From the NCBI GenBank assembly GCA_950097015.1, contig CATNEN010000002.1:6262001-6326000 (forward strand): a stretch of 64,000 nucleotides of DNA, given 5' to 3'. The notes beneath the pieces are model-generated. The model was given only the letters and a program-made list of their open reading frames with translations, was not told where the DNA came from and searched no databases. The translations under genes were made by a program, and so were the position numbers. Of the stretch, positions 61,201-64,000 are shown piece after piece (position 1 is the first letter of the stretch; every line of letters begins with the position of its first letter). This DNA comes from Macrostomum hystrix (taxonomy: Eukaryota > Animalia > Platyhelminthes).

Positions 61201-63373
61201 GGCAAGAAGAATGAGCATAGCAGAGGCAAGAAGAATGAGCATAGCAGAGGCAAGAAGAATGAGCATGGCAGGGACAAGAAGAATGAGCATAGCAGAGGCA
61301 AGAAGAATGAGCATGGCAGAGGCAAGAAGAATGAGCATAGCAGAGGCAAGAAGAATGAGCATAGCAGAGGCAAGAAGAATGAGCATGGCAGAGGCAAGAA
61401 GAATGAGCATAGCAGAGGCAAGAAGAATGAGCATAGCAGGGACAAGAAGAATGAGCATGGCAGGGACAAGAAGAATGAGCATGGCAGAGGCAAGAAGAAT
61501 GAGCATGGCAGGGACAAGAAGAATGAGCATGGCAGGGACAAGAAGAATGAGCATGGCAGGGACAAGAAGAATGAGCATAGCAGAGGCAAGAAGAATGAGC
61601 ATGGCAGAGGCAAGAAGAATGAGCATAGCAGAGGCAAGAAGAATGAGCATAGCAGAGGCAAGAAGAATGAGCATGGCAGGGACAAGAAGAATGAGCATGG
61701 CAGGGACAAGAAGAATGAGCATGGCAGAGGCAAGAAGAATGAGCATAGCAGAGGCAAGAAGAATGAGCATAGCAGAGGCAAGAAGAATGAGCATGGCAGG
61801 GACAAGAAGAATGAGCATGGCAGGGACAAGAAGAATGAGCATGGCAGAGGCAAGAAGAATGAGCATGGCAGGGACAAGAAGAATGAGCATGGAAGAGGCA
61901 AGAAGAATGAGCATGGCAGGGACAAGAAGAATGAGCATGGAAGAGGCAAGAAGAATGAGCATGGCAGAGGCAAGAAGAATGAGCATGGCAGAGGCAAGAA
62001 GAATGAGCATGGCAGAGGCAAGAAGAATGAGCATGGCAGAGGCAAGAAGAATGAGCATGGAAGAGGCAAGAAGAATGAGCATGGCAGAGGCAAGAAGAAT
62101 GAGCATGGCAGAGGCAAGAAGATTGAGCATGGCAGAGGCAAGAAGAATGAGCATGGCAGAGGCAAGAAGATTGAGCATGGCAGAGGCAAGAAGAATGAGC
62201 ATGGCAGAGGCAAGAAGAATGAGCATGGCAGAGGCAAGAAGAATGAGCATGGCTTCGAGTTAAGAAATAAATTCTGCTGTGGGTAACTAATCGGGTTCAA
62301 CTGGGAATCATGAAAACCGAATGAAAAAGGAATGGAACAGCACCTGAGATCAGTGGCAGAACTCGGTGTGACAGAGCTCAGATAAAACCAAAATGCAAAG
62401 CAAATGAGCCGTGGATTGCCCCACTCTTCTTCAGTTCGGCTCCGGCTACTATTCTGCTGGCTGCGGCTCCTGCAACTCCACCGCGAATCCAACATGCGTG
62501 ACCTGCAGCTCTGACCTGTGCAACTCAGCGACTCCTTCAGCCATCAGCTGCTATAGAAGAATACTAAATTTTTGGAGTGCGACCAACAATGGACAGACCG
62601 AAACTTGTCAGCATGGAATTAGCACCTGCTACTCGTTTGTTGCCTCCTATGGTGTAAGTTCCTATTATGAATGAGCTTTTCTGCCTACAGATTCTAAATA
62701 TGAAAAATCTGTATTAATACTACTCAATATTAGCTCATTTTCATTGTCAATACATTGACAATTTCAGGGTTGGTACAACTACTTCGGCGGTTGCGGCGCC
62801 TGCAGCCCAGACACGATTCCGTCATGTCAGACATGCACCGGTGACTACTGCAACACCATGGATACAGGAACTCTCACCTGCGCTACAAGTACAAACGGCA
62901 GCAGTATGAGCAATAACCCTGTCTCCTGTCTCAGGGGATTAAACAGCTGCTACTCACTCACCAAACCCATTGTGAGCTGCAGCTTTTACCTGTTGTCAAT
63001 ATCAGCCAGTGTGCTCCCACTGTGATCTGCTCTTGAACTCAGCCTCCAATATCGATCATTCCAGATAGTGGTGCAGGCGTACAGTTTCAGCAACCTCCTC
63101 GGTGGCTGCGGTGTCTGCACGCCGACAACAAGCGCCCTCTACGGCTGCACAATGTGCAACACCAGCAACTGCAACTCCAGGGCCCCAGCAACAACTGGCA
63201 GCGCAGCCAATCCGAGCGGAAACCCGACCAACTCGCCAAGCACAGGTACCGCAGCAGGTGGCTTCAGCTGCTACTACAGCTTCGGCCAGACTGACTTAAC
63301 CAGCACGCAGAACGTCAGCTGTCCGTCATCGAGCAGCTGCTTCGAGTACAGCTTCAGCTACGGAGTGAAGAAT
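58230..63373 (+). CDS. Gene A4: paralog of A1, exons 1-7 (exons 8-9 lie beyond the window end)
   Basis: join(58230-58287,58588-58700,59294-59497,60044-60265,62435-62653,62768-62971,63065-63373). Intron 1 donor is GTTAGT; frame is open; followed by the intron-7 51-bp array running off the window. Confidence 0.8.
58880..59230 (-). mobile_element. Possible degenerate LINE 3' fragment inside A4 intron 2
   Basis: A4-specific intron sequence. The minus strand reads RCQIEVENEVHFLSKC, like the C-terminal C..E.E.HF...C motif of LINE ORF2. Confidence 0.35.
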
Positions 63374-64000
63374 GTGAGCCAACGAGAGAATTTTTTTATC
63401 TATAGTATGGGGAGCTTTGAAAGGCCAAATCTGTTTATCAGTCGCACTAATTCAAACGACTAAAACGAACTGTACAACCCAATTTAACAATACTAATTAA
63501 AAACCTACAGTTCTACTGCCTAACCTGCTCAATCACATCAGCTCCATCCTCTCACCTGCAGTTCTACATCTCAGCCTGCTCAATCACATCAGCTCCATCC
63601 TCTCACCTGCAGTTCTACATCTCAGCCTGCTCAATCACATCAGCTCCATCCTCTCACCTGCAGTTCTACTTCTCAGGCTGCTCAATCACATCAGCTCCAC
63701 CCTCTCACCTGCAGTTCTACTTCTCAGCCTGCTCACTCACATCAGCTCCATCCTCTCACCTGCAGTTCTACTTCTCAGCCTGCTCAATCACATCAGCTCC
63801 ATCCTCTCACCTGCAGTTCTACTTCTCAGCCTGCTCAATCACATCAGCTCCATCCTCTCACCTGCAGTTCTACTTCTCAGCCTGCTCAATCACATCAGCT
63901 CCATCCTCTCACCTGCAGTTCTACTTCTCAGCCTGCTCAATCACATCAGCTCCATCCTCTCACCTGCAGTTCTACTTCTCAGCCTGCTCAATCACATCAG

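Larger units (their letters stand above)
1715..64000 (+). repeat. Head-to-tail segmental tandem duplication, 4 units
   Basis: The same order of satellite - promoter block - gene A - relic exon - Crypton fragment - (ACAGTG)n - mariner - (RT fragment, gene B) - 47-bp array - spacer recurs, starting at ~1715, 16136, 28131 and 55901. Confidence 0.95.

Noticed and set aside
1715-64000. The four units as uncollapsed haplotypes or assembly duplicates
   Set aside because: Copies differ by many amino-acid changes, indels, distinct introns and private transposon insertions, which indicates real paralogs. Exact array lengths could still be assembly-dependent.

Overview
Eukaryotic, repeat-rich invertebrate DNA. 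The style suggests a free-living flatworm such as Macrostomum, but this is an unverified inference. The window is a head-to-tail tandem array of a ~12-14 kb unit: U1 ~1715-16135, U2 ~16136-28130, U3 ~28131-55900 and U4 55901 to the end. Each unit carries a 9-exon + strand gene (A1-A4) that the ORF track misses because it is spliced. The predicted protein (~555-575 aa) has a signal peptide, five Cys-rich three-finger/Ly6-uPAR-like (DUF753-like) domains, an S/T/P hinge, two more such domains and a GPI-type hydrophobic tail. Four observations stand out. (i) Every internal intron is phase 0 and sits at the same mid-domain loop. (ii) These junction loops are Tyr/Trp/Ser/Gly-rich and hypervariable with indels between paralogs, while the Cys framework and the last two exons are nearly identical. 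(iii) Paralogs are patchwork mosaics of one another. (iv) Intron 7 is an amplified 51-bp copy of the intron/exon-8 junction, giving 4-31 extra, in-frame, stop-free splice acceptors. Each unit also holds several minisatellites, an (ACAGTG)n array, degenerate Crypton/mariner/LINE fragments and, in U2 and U3, a decayed paralog B. Two intact-looking retroelements are inserted in U3. One is a 6.05-kb APE-RT-RNaseH LINE (LOA/R1-like) inside a 25-bp satellite. The other is a 4.66-kb Ngaro/DIRS tyrosine-recombinase retrotransposon whose empty site is visible in U1 and U2. All gene models were built by hand from GT/AG signals and homology between copies; there is no expression evidence.
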